From: Candidatus Saccharimonadota bacterium | GTDB taxonomy: Bacteria > Patescibacteriota > Saccharimonadia > Saccharimonadales > Saccharimonadaceae | Assembly (NCBI GenBank): GCA_039920285.1 | Contig: JBDSDX010000001.1 | Span: forward strand, 450,001-482,000 | DNA length: 32,000 bases | Direction of reading: 5' to 3' | In this document: one piece after another, positions 7,404-16,758 of the stretch | Position numbering within the stretch: the stretch's first letter is position 1 | How the letters are laid out: every line of letters starts with the position of its first letter | Program-made: the position numbers and the translations under genes | Notes under the pieces: generated by a model | The model's database searches: none | The model's input: the letters and a program-made list of their open reading frames with translations, nothing else | What the model was told of the DNA's origin: nothing

Positions 7404-7658
7404 ATGACAAGCAAAAAAAATACACAGCGTATTACTCCTAAGTCACTCAAGCAGTTGTCGTTCGTATTCTTAATCCTTACACCAGTAGCCTATGTTGTAA
7501 GCGGGCTTCTTCTTAGTCTGGTGTCATGTCACTTTCAATCTTGTGGATATACGACATTCGCTATTGCAGCGTATGCACTATATATTTGCTTGATACCTCT
7601 CATCTTGAGCGGTGTGTTCTTTATGGTCGCTTTCTTGGTTAAAAATAAGTCAAAATAA
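7404..7658 (+). CDS. Hypothetical small membrane protein (two TM helices)
   Basis: The 84-aa ORF has two hydrophobic helices and is followed immediately by a strong terminator. I recognise no homology. Confidence 0.5.
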   Translation: MTSKKNTQRITPKSLKQLSFVFLILTPVAYVVSGLLLSLVSCHFQSCGYTTFAIAAYALYICLIPLILSGVFFMVAFLVKNKSK

Positions 7659-7690
7659 AATACCCCGCACCATCTTGCGGGGTATTTTGT
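7657..7690. terminator. Bidirectional Rho-independent terminator between convergent genes
   Basis: A perfect 13-bp stem, AAAATACCCCGCA (7657-7669) pairing with TGCGGGGTATTTT (7676-7688), has a 6-nt loop. The GC-rich core is flanked by an A-tract and a T-tract, so it should work on both strands. Confidence 0.85.
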
Positions 7691-7703
7691 CATAAGTAAC
7701 TAA

Positions 7704-8537
7704 CTACTTAGTTGAACGGCCACGGTGCAGGTCATACAGAATGAATCCGATGATTGAACCGATGACTGGTGCAAGCGCGTAAATCGCGTATGACCAGATG
7801 TGTGGCGTGTAAGCTTGCAACGAGATTGCAACAGCTGGGTTGATGATGGCGTTCGCACCAACATAACTTGCAGCGCTGACGGCAACCATCAATGCGATGA
7901 AGATGCCGAGACCAGCAGTGAATGCTGCGGCAACACGGTCTTGTACTTCGCGAGTTGCGTTAGCAATAGCGAATCCTAGGATCGCTGTACCAAGCAATTC
8001 AGCAAAGAAGACGTACCATTCTTTACCAACCAACAGGCTGATGTCTGCGGCCTTGAAGAGCGCAGGAGCTGTTTGGCCGAGTGCTGCTGAGCTTTCGCTC
8101 ACGGCAGTTGCTCCACCTAGGAATGCGCTAAGCACAACGTAGGCGAGGATTGCACCGAGTAGTTGAGCTACGATGTAACTAACTGCACGAAGCCATCCGA
8201 TGCGACGAGTCACCCAAGCACCAATAGTGATTGCTGGGTTAACGTGTGCACCAGAGATTGCACCGACTAACAGGACGATTCCTGTTAACGCGAACAGGAC
8301 AAAGATGGGTTGTCCTTGACCGGCGATGACAACTGCAGCAAATAGGAATGTTCCTACGAGCTCAGCGCCAAGTGATCGCCAGAGTGATACTGAACGTACT
8401 GATTCTTGAACGTGTCCCACAAAGGTGTTCCTTGTGGCGGTGGCAGGAGCTGACGTCACAGACTTAGTGGTCTTTTTTGCCCCGGCAGATTTTCGCACGG
8501 GTGCTTTTTTGGTTGAAGTAGCGGCTTTAGTAGCCAT
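7704..8537 (-). CDS. MIP-family channel (aquaporin/glycerol facilitator) with a basic N-terminal extension
   Basis: Both NPA boxes are present (HVNPAITIG and AIINPAVAIS) within six TM helices. AAGGAGGG lies 6 nt upstream of ATG 8537. An alternative internal GTG at 8420 is also preceded by AAGGA. Confidence 0.9.
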   Translation of the reverse strand: MATKAATSTKKAPVRKSAGAKKTTKSVTSAPATATRNTFVGHVQESVRSVSLWRSLGAELVGTFLFAAVVIAGQGQPIFVLFALTGIVLLVGAISGAHVNPAITIGAWVTRRIGWLRAVSYIVAQLLGAILAYVVLSAFLGGATAVSESSAALGQTAPALFKAADISLLVGKEWYVFFAELLGTAILGFAIANATREVQDRVAAAFTAGLGIFIALMVAVSAASYVGANAIINPAVAISLQAYTPHIWSYAIYALAPVIGSIIGFILYDLHRGRSTK

Positions 8538-8601
8538 ATGTTTCCCTCCTTATAGTCAACATGGTTACAGTATAGCATAAACCCTTTGCGCATAAATCTG
8601 G

Positions 8602-8610
8602 TGATATACT
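8602..8610 (+). promoter_or_regulatory. Extended -10 element (TGaTATACT) 6 nt upstream of ATG 8617, suggesting a leaderless start
   Basis: The sequence is gTGaTATACTgagagcATG. Confidence 0.45.
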
Positions 8611-8616
8611 GAGAGC

Positions 8617-8850
8617 ATGTCTCTATTTATTCGCCAAGATGAAAACCGTTCTGAACTTCAAAATCGTATTGCGACCGAACTGCAAGAGCGCGCTCGTAAT
8701 AAAGCCCGCGAAGATGAACTGCCTGATGGCGTCGAAGATTCCCAATTTATTAAAGGAACCACACAAACAACCAAGCTCGGTTGGGTATGGGTGGTTGCTG
8801 GACTTATCGTCGTCGGACTCGTTGTTGCTATTATCATCAGATCACTGTAG
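8617..8850 (+). CDS. Hypothetical tail-anchored small protein
   Basis: The 77-aa ORF has a charged N-terminal half and one C-terminal TM helix (LGWVWVVAGLIVVGLVVAIII). TGaTATACT (8602-8610) lies 6 nt upstream of the ATG. I prefer it to the overlapping frame at 8639-8875, whose translation looks non-protein-like. Confidence 0.5.
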   Translation: MSLFIRQDENRSELQNRIATELQERARNKAREDELPDGVEDSQFIKGTTQTTKLGWVWVVAGLIVVGLVVAIIIRSL

Positions 8851-8887
8851 CGATCTGATTCAATCTTTCGTATAATAACTACTAGTT

Positions 8888-9901
8888 ATGCCAAGCACTG
8901 ATATTGATGCAGTACGTACCTCATTACTCGAGAGGGTGGAAGCAAGCGAGACTCCTCGTGATATTTTACGTGCACCCGAATTTAAAGATCTCTATGCGGC
9001 GATCGGCTCACTCAGTCCTGAAGAGCGTGGTCCGTATGGCAAAGCGGTCAATGCGTTGAAGCAAGCGGTCGAAGCAGCGGTTGAAGCGCGCGAGAATCTT
9101 ATTGAGCAAGGCGACATTGTGGCGATTGATGTCACAGCGCCCTGGGATGTGAATGGCTCGCTCGATTCATTACTCCCGACTGAATATGGTTCACAACATC
9201 CTTTGACCAAAGAACTCGACACCGTTGTCGATATCTTTACCCGCATGGGCTTTGAAGCGATTGAATCTCGTCAGATCGACGACGACTTCCATATGTTTGG
9301 CGCTTTGAACTTCCCTGAAAATCACCCAGCTCGCGATGGCTATGATACCTTTCGTACCGAAGAAGGTTTTATTCCTCCTGCCCATACTTCGACCATGCAA
9401 CATCGTATTTTAAAGGCAGGTAAAGAAAAACTCGAGGCTGGTGGTCAGATTGCTGCCATTAGTTATGGCCGTGTGTTCCGCAACGAAGACATCGACGCGA
9501 CGCACGAGCACACGTTTTATCAAGTTGAAGGCGTGTTCGTCAGTGAAACGGCAACGCTTGGTGATATGCTCGGGACGCTTCGGAGTTTCTTCGAAGTTTA
9601 TTATGGTCAGAGCCTTCGTATTAAAACGCAGCCCGCATACTTCCCATTCGTCGAACCTGGTCTTGAGTTTGCGATTGAAAAACCAGCTGCACTTGGTGGC
9701 AAAGACGGTGAGTGGCTCGAAATGCTTGGTTGCGGTATGATCCACCCGAACGTTTTATCAGAAGCGGGAATTGATCCAACTAAGTATCAAGGATTTGCTT
9801 GGGGTGGTGGTGTTGAACGACTCGTCATGCTGAAGTACGGCATTGAGGATCTTCGTCACTTTGAGTCAGCAAAATTAGCATTTTTGAGGAAATTCGCATG
9901 A
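8888..9901 (+). CDS. pheS: Phenylalanine--tRNA ligase alpha subunit
   Basis: Class II aaRS motif 2 (FRNEDIDATHEHTFYQVEG) and motif 3 (GFAWGGGVERLVML) are present. The stop overlaps the pheT start (ATGA at 9898-9901). Confidence 0.97.
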   Translation: MPSTDIDAVRTSLLERVEASETPRDILRAPEFKDLYAAIGSLSPEERGPYGKAVNALKQAVEAAVEARENLIEQGDIVAIDVTAPWDVNGSLDSLLPTEYGSQHPLTKELDTVVDIFTRMGFEAIESRQIDDDFHMFGALNFPENHPARDGYDTFRTEEGFIPPAHTSTMQHRILKAGKEKLEAGGQIAAISYGRVFRNEDIDATHEHTFYQVEGVFVSETATLGDMLGTLRSFFEVYYGQSLRIKTQPAYFPFVEPGLEFAIEKPAALGGKDGEWLEMLGCGMIHPNVLSEAGIDPTKYQGFAWGGGVERLVMLKYGIEDLRHFESAKLAFLRKFA

Positions 9902-12384
9902 TCATTTCACTAAACTGGCTCAAGAAATTTGTTGATATTGATCTTCCTGTTGATGAACTCGCAACCTTAATCGGTGCGCGTCTCGTTGAGATTGAAAGTA
10001 TTGAAGACCTCAGCGAAAAATACAAAGACGTTATTGTCGTGAAAATTGTTGAAGCATCTGACGTTGAAGGCAGCGACCACCTTCATCTCACAAAAGTTGA
10101 CGATGGTGGCATTATGAAGAGTGTCGAACGTGACGCCAGCGGGTATGTCCAGGTTGTCTGTGGCGCTCCGAACGTTCGTGTGGGTATGTTGGCGGCGTGG
10201 CTTCCACCTTCAAGCACTGTTCCAGAAACATTTGGTGACAAAGAACCATTCGTACTAGGTACTCGAGAGCTCCAAGGCTACAAAAGTAATGGTATGCTTG
10301 CCAGTGCGAAAGAACTTGATCTGTATGAAGATCACGACGGTATCTTGGAAGTTGATAAAGAAACACACCCAGGTACGAGCTTTGCCGAACTATATGAACT
10401 CAATGACTACTTATTGAATATTGAAAACAAATCATTAACTCATCGACCTGATGCGTTTGGCATTGTTGGTTTTGCCCGCGAAGTTGCGGGTATCCAAGGC
10501 AAGCAGTTTACGACACCCGCTTGGTTGACTGAACTTGAGCCTTCATTTGTGACAGACGGTTCTGTCGAAACTCCTGTGGTGATAATTGATGATCCGACGT
10601 TGTCTGATCGTTTCCAAGCGATTGTCTTAACTGATGCAAACGAAGCAGCTCAGTCTTCGGTTCAGATCCAAACGTACTTGTCTCGGAGCGGTATTCGTCC
10701 GATTAGTGCGGTGGTTGATGTGACGAACTATATGATGCTTCTGGCAGGTCGTCCGCTGCACGCCTTCGACTATGATAAATTCCTGACTGTTGCTGGTGAT
10801 ACACCAGAAGTTCACGTTCGTTTGGCGAAAAAAGGTGAGACGCTGAAGCTTCTTGATGGTAAAGTGTTGCAACTCGACCCTGAAGACATTGTGGTCGCGG
10901 CCGGTGACACGCCTGTGTCTCTCGCTGGTGCAATGGGTGGGTTTGATACAGAAATCGATTCGACGACAAAGCGAATCATGCTAGAATGTGCCACCTTTGA
11001 CTTGTATCGCCTTCGAAACATGCAAATGCGTCACGGTATTTTCACTGAAGCAATTACTCGTCTGTCAAAAGGATTGCCGGCACCACTTGGTGCACCAGTT
11101 TTGGCTGAAAGCGTCAAAATGATGACGCAGCTTGCTGGTGCGAAAGCAGCCAGTGCGGTGGGAGATGCCTATCCTGGCCACCATGACCCGTTGGTTGTTG
11201 AGATTAGCGAAGCACGTATTAATTCGATCCTTGGCACCGAATTTACCGCTGCAGACATTAAAGAATTATTAGAAAATGTTGAATTCAATGTCGAAGTGAA
11301 AGATCTCGTCGCCTCGGTAACAGTTCCGTATTGGCGTAATGATATTCATATTGCTGAGGACGTTATCGAAGAAGTCGGTCGACTTCTCGGGTTTGATTCA
11401 ATCAATCCAACACTTCCGATACGTGATTTCACTGCAGTGATTCCTGATCGTTTTGATCAACTTCGTACTTTCCTCCGGACTACTCTTGTACGCGGTGGTG
11501 CCAACGAAGTGCTGACCTATAGCTTTATTCATGGTGATGTTATGAAGAAAGCTGGTCAAGATCCTGAACAAGCCTACCGTCTGACGAATAGCATTAGTCC
11601 TGACCTGCAATATTACCGTCAAAGTTTGATCCCGAGCTTACTCGTGAATGTTCACCCGAATATCAAAGCTGGCTATGATCATTTTGCGTTATTCGAACTC
11701 AATAAATTCCACACTAAAGGTATGGGGCTGACTGACGAGAACGTACCAAAAGAACTCGACGGACTGTCGTTCGTCATCTCAAGTAGCAAAAAGAGCAAGA
11801 GCGCAGCCTATTATGAGGCGAAACGTCACCTCGAGTATCTTGCCGCTTCTTTGCAACTCGAATTTGTCTATGAGCCACTTGAAGTTGAATCAGAATTCCC
11901 GGTATCACAACCATTTGAGCCGAGTCGTAGTGCTCGTGTCTGGAGTAAAGATACGCATGAACGAATTGGGGTGATTGGTGAATTTAAACGATCGGTCCAA
12001 AAAGGATTTAAACTTCCCGAACACACCGCTGGATTTGAAATTTCGCCACGAACTATTTCAAAATTAATGGAAGCGAATGGCTATCACTACGAGGCGGGGA
12101 GTAAGTACCCTGGAACCGAGCGTGATATATGTTTCCAAGTCGCCAATGATATTCAGTACCAACAAGTTGTTGATAGTGCGAACGAAGGATTGAAAGATTC
12201 ATCACTCATCACCTCGATTGTTCCTGTCGATATCTATCAACCAGAATCTGGTGAAACGAAAAATATAACGATTCGCATTAAACTCGGTTCATACGACAAG
12301 ACGTTGACGAGCGAAGAAGTGAGTACGCTCATTGATACAGTAACGAAGAACGTGACAAAAGCACTCAACGCCACCGTTGTTTAA
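9898..12384 (+). CDS. pheT: Phenylalanine--tRNA ligase beta subunit
   Basis: The 828-aa protein has the typical N-terminus MIISLNWLKKFVDIDLPVDELATLIGARLVEIE, then a tRNA-binding domain, B3/4 and B5 regions and a C-terminal anticodon-binding-like domain. Confidence 0.97.
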   Translation: MIISLNWLKKFVDIDLPVDELATLIGARLVEIESIEDLSEKYKDVIVVKIVEASDVEGSDHLHLTKVDDGGIMKSVERDASGYVQVVCGAPNVRVGMLAAWLPPSSTVPETFGDKEPFVLGTRELQGYKSNGMLASAKELDLYEDHDGILEVDKETHPGTSFAELYELNDYLLNIENKSLTHRPDAFGIVGFAREVAGIQGKQFTTPAWLTELEPSFVTDGSVETPVVIIDDPTLSDRFQAIVLTDANEAAQSSVQIQTYLSRSGIRPISAVVDVTNYMMLLAGRPLHAFDYDKFLTVAGDTPEVHVRLAKKGETLKLLDGKVLQLDPEDIVVAAGDTPVSLAGAMGGFDTEIDSTTKRIMLECATFDLYRLRNMQMRHGIFTEAITRLSKGLPAPLGAPVLAESVKMMTQLAGAKAASAVGDAYPGHHDPLVVEISEARINSILGTEFTAADIKELLENVEFNVEVKDLVASVTVPYWRNDIHIAEDVIEEVGRLLGFDSINPTLPIRDFTAVIPDRFDQLRTFLRTTLVRGGANEVLTYSFIHGDVMKKAGQDPEQAYRLTNSISPDLQYYRQSLIPSLLVNVHPNIKAGYDHFALFELNKFHTKGMGLTDENVPKELDGLSFVISSSKKSKSAAYYEAKRHLEYLAASLQLEFVYEPLEVESEFPVSQPFEPSRSARVWSKDTHERIGVIGEFKRSVQKGFKLPEHTAGFEISPRTISKLMEANGYHYEAGSKYPGTERDICFQVANDIQYQQVVDSANEGLKDSSLITSIVPVDIYQPESGETKNITIRIKLGSYDKTLTSEEVSTLIDTVTKNVTKALNATVV

Positions 12385-12429
12385 TAATTCTTTGCTATAA
12401 TTAAGAGAGTTAAAAGTTGGGAGACAGAA

Positions 12430-13083
12430 GTGGCTACATCGCGTGCGCAGCAAATTGGAATTTGGGTTATTGCCGTCGTCTTGACGGTTGGAACAATTGG
12501 AACATTTGTCGTTATGATTTTATCAACGAACAACTCGAAGTTGGATGCGGCTCGAAAGACTGATCTAACGAATCAGTATCAGACAGAGTATGCAGCTTAT
12601 CAAAAAAAGGTAGCGGCTCAAAGTACTGAACTTTCGACAAAATACTTTGCTGATTTTAGTCAGTATTCGTCTCGTCCCGCTGTTTTTGATAAGACAGGAG
12701 TGACTGAGCTTAAGACTGAAGACCTTAAAGTCGGAGACGGCGCTGAACTTACCGCGAGTTCAACCTTTACTGCCTATTACATTGGCTGGACTCCGGATGG
12801 TGTTGTCTTCGATCAATCGATTGATGGAGATAAGCTAAAGGTACCGTTTGCTGCTTCTCCAGGTGGTGTTATCCCGGGCTGGACTGAGGGTGCCGTTGGT
12901 ATGAAAGTCGGTGGCGTTCGTGAACTCACGATCCCGTCTGACAAAGCATACGGTGCAACGGGAAGTGGCGATAAGATCCCTGCCAATACGCCATTGAAGT
13001 TTATTATCATGGTCATTCCAACACCCGAAACCATCGTGGCTCCAACGCCTTCAAAAGAATTATTAAAACTGTACGGCCAATAA
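12430..13083 (+). CDS. FKBP-type peptidyl-prolyl cis-trans isomerase, membrane-anchored
   Basis: An N-terminal TM helix (IGIWVIAVVLTVGTIGTFVVMIL) is followed by an FKBP domain (YIGWTPDGVVFDQS ... VIPGWTEGAVGMKVGGVRELTIPSDKAYG). The start is GTG, with GGGAG 6 nt upstream. Confidence 0.9.
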   Translation: MATSRAQQIGIWVIAVVLTVGTIGTFVVMILSTNNSKLDAARKTDLTNQYQTEYAAYQKKVAAQSTELSTKYFADFSQYSSRPAVFDKTGVTELKTEDLKVGDGAELTASSTFTAYYIGWTPDGVVFDQSIDGDKLKVPFAASPGGVIPGWTEGAVGMKVGGVRELTIPSDKAYGATGSGDKIPANTPLKFIIMVIPTPETIVAPTPSKELLKLYGQ

Positions 13084-13120
13084 GCATTAGTGCTATACTA
13101 TATATAGTAAAGGAAATTCT

Positions 13121-14062
13121 ATGACTAAAGACATTCGCGACGTAATCATGATCGGTGCTGGCCCAAGCGCACTCTCGGCTGCTATCTACACGACTCGTGA
13201 AGATATTGATACCGTTCTCTACGAAAAATCAGCGATCGGGGGCTTGGCTGCTATTACTGATATCGTCGATAACTACCCTGGTTTTCCTGAAGGTATCGCA
13301 GGCCTCACACTAGCTGGTCACCTTGAAAAACAGGCTGAACGCTTCGGCGCTCAGATTGAATTTGGTGATGTCTCAGCAATTCGCGATGAAGGTGATGTCA
13401 AAGTCGTCGTCGTTGATGGCGCTGATGTGAAGGCGAAGACTGTTCTTATTGCCACAGGTAGTGATTACAAGAAAATTGGTGTTCCTGGTGAGGCCGAGTT
13501 CTACGGACGAGGTGTCCACTACTGTGCCACCTGTGACGGCGCATACTACCGTGATAAAAAACTCGTCGTCGTTGGTGGTGGCAACTCTGCATTACAAGAA
13601 GCACTTTTCTTAACTCGTTACACAACTCATATTGATCTTCTGGTTCGTTCGACCATCAAAGCGAGCGAAGTCTTACAACATGAAGTCCAGAAATGTGTCG
13701 ACGAAGGAAAGATTACAATCCATCTAAACACAACGACTGAAGAGATTGTCGCGACCGATGGTCGTGTCAGCGCAGTGAATGCCATCAAGAACGGTGAAGC
13801 AATTACTTTTATTACAGATGGTGTTTTTGTGTTTGTTGGTCTGATGCCAAATACTCAGTTCCTCGAAGGAAGTAGCATCGAACTTGATGAAATCGGGTTG
13901 ATCAAAACTGACCGACATCTTCAAACGAATATACCTGGTGTGTTCGCGAGCGGTGACGTTCGAAGCGGTGCTACAGCACAAATCGCGAGTGCAGTGGGTG
14001 AAGGCGCAACTGCAGCACTTTCAATTCGTGAATACTTAGACGCACAAAAACACGGCGCTTAA
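13121..14062 (+). CDS. trxB: Thioredoxin-disulfide reductase
   Basis: The FAD-binding GAGPSA motif, the redox-active CATCDG, the NADPH-binding GGGNSA motif and a C-terminal GDV motif are all present. Confidence 0.95.
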   Translation: MTKDIRDVIMIGAGPSALSAAIYTTREDIDTVLYEKSAIGGLAAITDIVDNYPGFPEGIAGLTLAGHLEKQAERFGAQIEFGDVSAIRDEGDVKVVVVDGADVKAKTVLIATGSDYKKIGVPGEAEFYGRGVHYCATCDGAYYRDKKLVVVGGGNSALQEALFLTRYTTHIDLLVRSTIKASEVLQHEVQKCVDEGKITIHLNTTTEEIVATDGRVSAVNAIKNGEAITFITDGVFVFVGLMPNTQFLEGSSIELDEIGLIKTDRHLQTNIPGVFASGDVRSGATAQIASAVGEGATAALSIREYLDAQKHGA

Positions 14063-15036
14063 GCGACGTATTCTCCTAAAAATTTTTCTAGCTGAGATAT
14101 TACTTTTGGATCTTTTGTTTCGAGGGCTACTTCGCGTGTTCCGAAGAGTACACCAGTGTACGCAAAGTTATGGGAACCAGTGATAGCTCTTTTTGAACCA
14201 TCCGGCATGGTGAAAATGATGAACTTTGCGTGTAGATATTCTTTTTTCGTATATATTGTTTTGATGCCACTAAATAGCGAACCAATCTTCAGCATAACTC
14301 GATTGATAAACTCGGCTTGTTCAGCACGATTGAAATAAAATTGCGTCGGTTTAGATTTGAGAATACGAGCGAGCTTTCCTGTCGGTCCATATTGAGAAAC
14401 AAAAATGACTTCTTCAGCTTCGCGGCCTAATTCACACGCGCGTCGGTAGATAACTGACTTTGTGACAATACCTCCATCGATGAGGAGTTTGTCTTCACCT
14501 AAGGCGAAGGTAACACTTGGGTAGTTGCTCGCTGTGCGCTCGGCTTTCATGATGCGTTCTTGCTCACGACCTAAACGGTCGGCGAGACGTGGATTGTTTT
14601 CGGCTTTAAACATGTAATCAATATTAGCGATGCCGCCTTCGTACATATTGACGCCACCGAAGGTATAGCTCGTATCATCGATAACGCACCATTTGTCGTG
14701 GGTGCGTCCTGTGAACACGCTACTGCGAGCACGTCCAAGCCAGTGGAAGGTGACGCCAGCTGATCGCAGGCGTTTGCTCATTTTGGTCGCAAGTCGACTG
14801 TTGGCACTGTAGTACTTTATGGGAAGATAACTGCCACTTACTTCGCCGTAAGTGAAGACGTCAGCACAGACAGTCACGGGTACTCCACGACGTGCTGCTG
14901 CTTCGAGCTCCGCGATTAATTCGTGTGTCGCGGGGTGATCGGCAATAACCATCGACATCAAAAAAATACGCGTTGTGGCATTTCTCATATCGGCGGCAGC
15001 TTGGCTGACGTAGGCTGGTGGAAGCAATAATTTCAT
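14059..15036 (-). CDS. Phospholipase D-like protein with two HKD motifs and no TM segment
   Basis: The two HxK(x4)D-type motifs are THDKWCVIDD (with GGVN downstream) and LHAKFIIF ... ITGSHNF. GGAGA lies 5 nt upstream of the ATG. Confidence 0.8.
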   Translation of the reverse strand: MKLLLPPAYVSQAAADMRNATTRIFLMSMVIADHPATHELIAELEAAARRGVPVTVCADVFTYGEVSGSYLPIKYYSANSRLATKMSKRLRSAGVTFHWLGRARSSVFTGRTHDKWCVIDDTSYTFGGVNMYEGGIANIDYMFKAENNPRLADRLGREQERIMKAERTASNYPSVTFALGEDKLLIDGGIVTKSVIYRRACELGREAEEVIFVSQYGPTGKLARILKSKPTQFYFNRAEQAEFINRVMLKIGSLFSGIKTIYTKKEYLHAKFIIFTMPDGSKRAITGSHNFAYTGVLFGTREVALETKDPKVISQLEKFLGEYVA

Positions 15037-15113
15037 AATGGTCTCCAGCGATTATATATCTATCTGACGAAAACTGGTAAAATATCAGATATAGAATGAA
15101 AAAGGAGAAATTC

Positions 15114-15644
15114 ATGACAACTTATGCTGACGTACATACCGGTGACATAAAAAAGGGCCAAGTGAACGTTATTATCGAGATTCGCAAGAACGAACGAAAC
15201 AAATACGAGTTTGATAAGGAAACGGGTCGTTTGTTCCTTGATCGTGTCAATGGAACGACCCTAGGCTACCCAAGTGACTATGGATATATTCCTGGTACTT
15301 TGTGTGAAGATGGTGACCCACTCGACGCACTGCTTATTATCGACGAATCTGTTCCTCACGGGACTGTTGTCGCCGCGCGTCCGATTGGCGTGTTGTATTT
15401 CGAAGATGACGGCGAGATGGACGAAAAACTAATTGTCGTGCCAACTCACGATGTAAGCAAAGACCATATTAAGGATCTTGCCGATCTTGGTGCAAACTTC
15501 CAAAAAGTCATCGAGCATTTTTATACTCACTACAAAGACTGGAAGAAAAACTGGACAGGTGTTGACGCAAAACTCAACGGTTGGGGTGACGCTGCGGCTG
15601 CTTGGAAAGTAGTGCACGAGTCTATCGAGCGCGCAGCAAAATAA
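15114..15644 (+). CDS. ppa: Inorganic pyrophosphatase (family I)
   Basis: The signature DGDPLDALLI is present and the length is typical for the family. AAGGAG (15102-15107) lies 6 nt upstream of ATG 15114, whereas the ORF-track start at 15096 has no RBS. Confidence 0.95.
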   Translation: MTTYADVHTGDIKKGQVNVIIEIRKNERNKYEFDKETGRLFLDRVNGTTLGYPSDYGYIPGTLCEDGDPLDALLIIDESVPHGTVVAARPIGVLYFEDDGEMDEKLIVVPTHDVSKDHIKDLADLGANFQKVIEHFYTHYKDWKKNWTGVDAKLNGWGDAAAAWKVVHESIERAAK

Positions 15645-16066
15645 TGAAAAAGTTTCGCTCCTCAAAAGCGTTGCTCATCGATGCCGATGACAATGTTCTT
15701 GTTCTATGGAGGAGCGAAAGTCATCCTCGCTATGCACACTATCCTGATCTTGCTGGCGGAATGATCGAAGACGACGAGTCGCACAAAAAAGGTGTTGCTC
15801 GTGAGATCTTAGAAGAAACAAAAGTGGTGATTAGCTCCAAAGATCTTGTGTTGGCGGATATGTATACCCACTCTTACCACATGGTATTCGTAAAAATGGA
15901 GCGTTCGCTCTATGCGGTTCGATTGAAGACACGTCCGGAGATTTCAATTAGCTGGGAGCATGATCGTTACGATTGGGTTCCGCTCAAAAAAGTAAAAGGT
16001 CTGGAAAAATCAGTTCAAAAACAACTTGATCGTGCAATAAAAAAAGGCTTTTTCGAAACGTTTTAG
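15644..16066 (+). CDS. NUDIX hydrolase
   Basis: The Nudix box GGMIEDDESHKKGVAREILEETKV fits Gx5Ex7REUxEExGU. The start overlaps the ppa stop (TAATG at 15642-15646). Confidence 0.85.
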   Translation: MKKFRSSKALLIDADDNVLVLWRSESHPRYAHYPDLAGGMIEDDESHKKGVAREILEETKVVISSKDLVLADMYTHSYHMVFVKMERSLYAVRLKTRPEISISWEHDRYDWVPLKKVKGLEKSVQKQLDRAIKKGFFETF

Positions 16067-16758
16067 TCCCGCATCATTGCGATCATTACGTGATCGCCAT
16101 CGATATCGCGATTTCCTTTGAGAAATTCACTATATGAGAAATAGTTCGGGTCTTTGGTTGAGTCTGCAGAGTTGTCGGTTATATTCTTCGGATTAATACC
16201 AGCAGCATCTAATTGTTCAAAGGTCGCTTCTTTCATTCCCTTATTATCAAGTGCCCAGATAGGGTAGACATCTTTTCCTGGAGCAGGCGTTAACCATACA
16301 AGAATGTTTGATGGATCACTTTTGTAGTGATCTTTTAAATACTCAACAGATTTGATCGCGCCCTGTTGTTCGAGGCTGTGACGGCCAAGATGGCTCACCA
16401 TGAGGACGCTGTGCTCTGGATCATAAAATGTTGCACCGACACAATCAGCAACAGGTAAAAATAATGCATGGTTTGTCTTTGTCGTCACGAGTGCATCGGC
16501 GATTTGTGCGTCATCATCACGCATGCCGTTTCCTTTTTGTTGGTCTGTTACTTCAGAGTAGCGACAATAGTTGGTGTCATGTTCGACTGTGGCCCGAACA
16601 AGCATATTGATATTCAAACGAGTCGTTTGTTCCATAGAAATAGTATGTCGTGCGAGATAGCGTTCACGGTTGGCGATGATCTCAGGATCTTTGGGATCAT
16701 GGCGATTGTAAATACTGCCATCGGCAACAGTCGATATATCGATGACGAAATGAGTCAT
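16063..16758 (-). CDS. pgeF: YfiH/PgeF (DUF152, laccase-domain) family protein, divergent
   Basis: The region LFLPVADCVGATFYDPEHSVLMVSHLGRHSLEQ resembles the conserved Cys and His-containing core (ADC...; HAGWRG) of the family. The assignment is from motif memory only. Confidence 0.5.
   Translation of the reverse strand: MTHFVIDISTVADGSIYNRHDPKDPEIIANRERYLARHTISMEQTTRLNINMLVRATVEHDTNYCRYSEVTDQQKGNGMRDDDAQIADALVTTKTNHALFLPVADCVGATFYDPEHSVLMVSHLGRHSLEQQGAIKSVEYLKDHYKSDPSNILVWLTPAPGKDVYPIWALDNKGMKEATFEQLDAAGINPKNITDNSADSTKDPNYFSYSEFLKGNRDIDGDHVMIAMMRD

Noticed and set aside
7413-7420. An A8 homopolymer just after the start codon of the 84-aa membrane ORF, as a possible phase-variation tract.
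   Set aside because: The tract is short and encodes Lys-Lys in frame. There is no evidence of length variation from a single sequence. T7 runs of similar length occur inside rel and uvrB.
8851-8887. A T-box or attenuator leader upstream of pheS-pheT.
   Set aside because: Only 37 nt separate the upstream ORF from the pheS ATG. That is far too short for a T-box (about 200 nt or more), and no specifier or terminator hairpins are visible.
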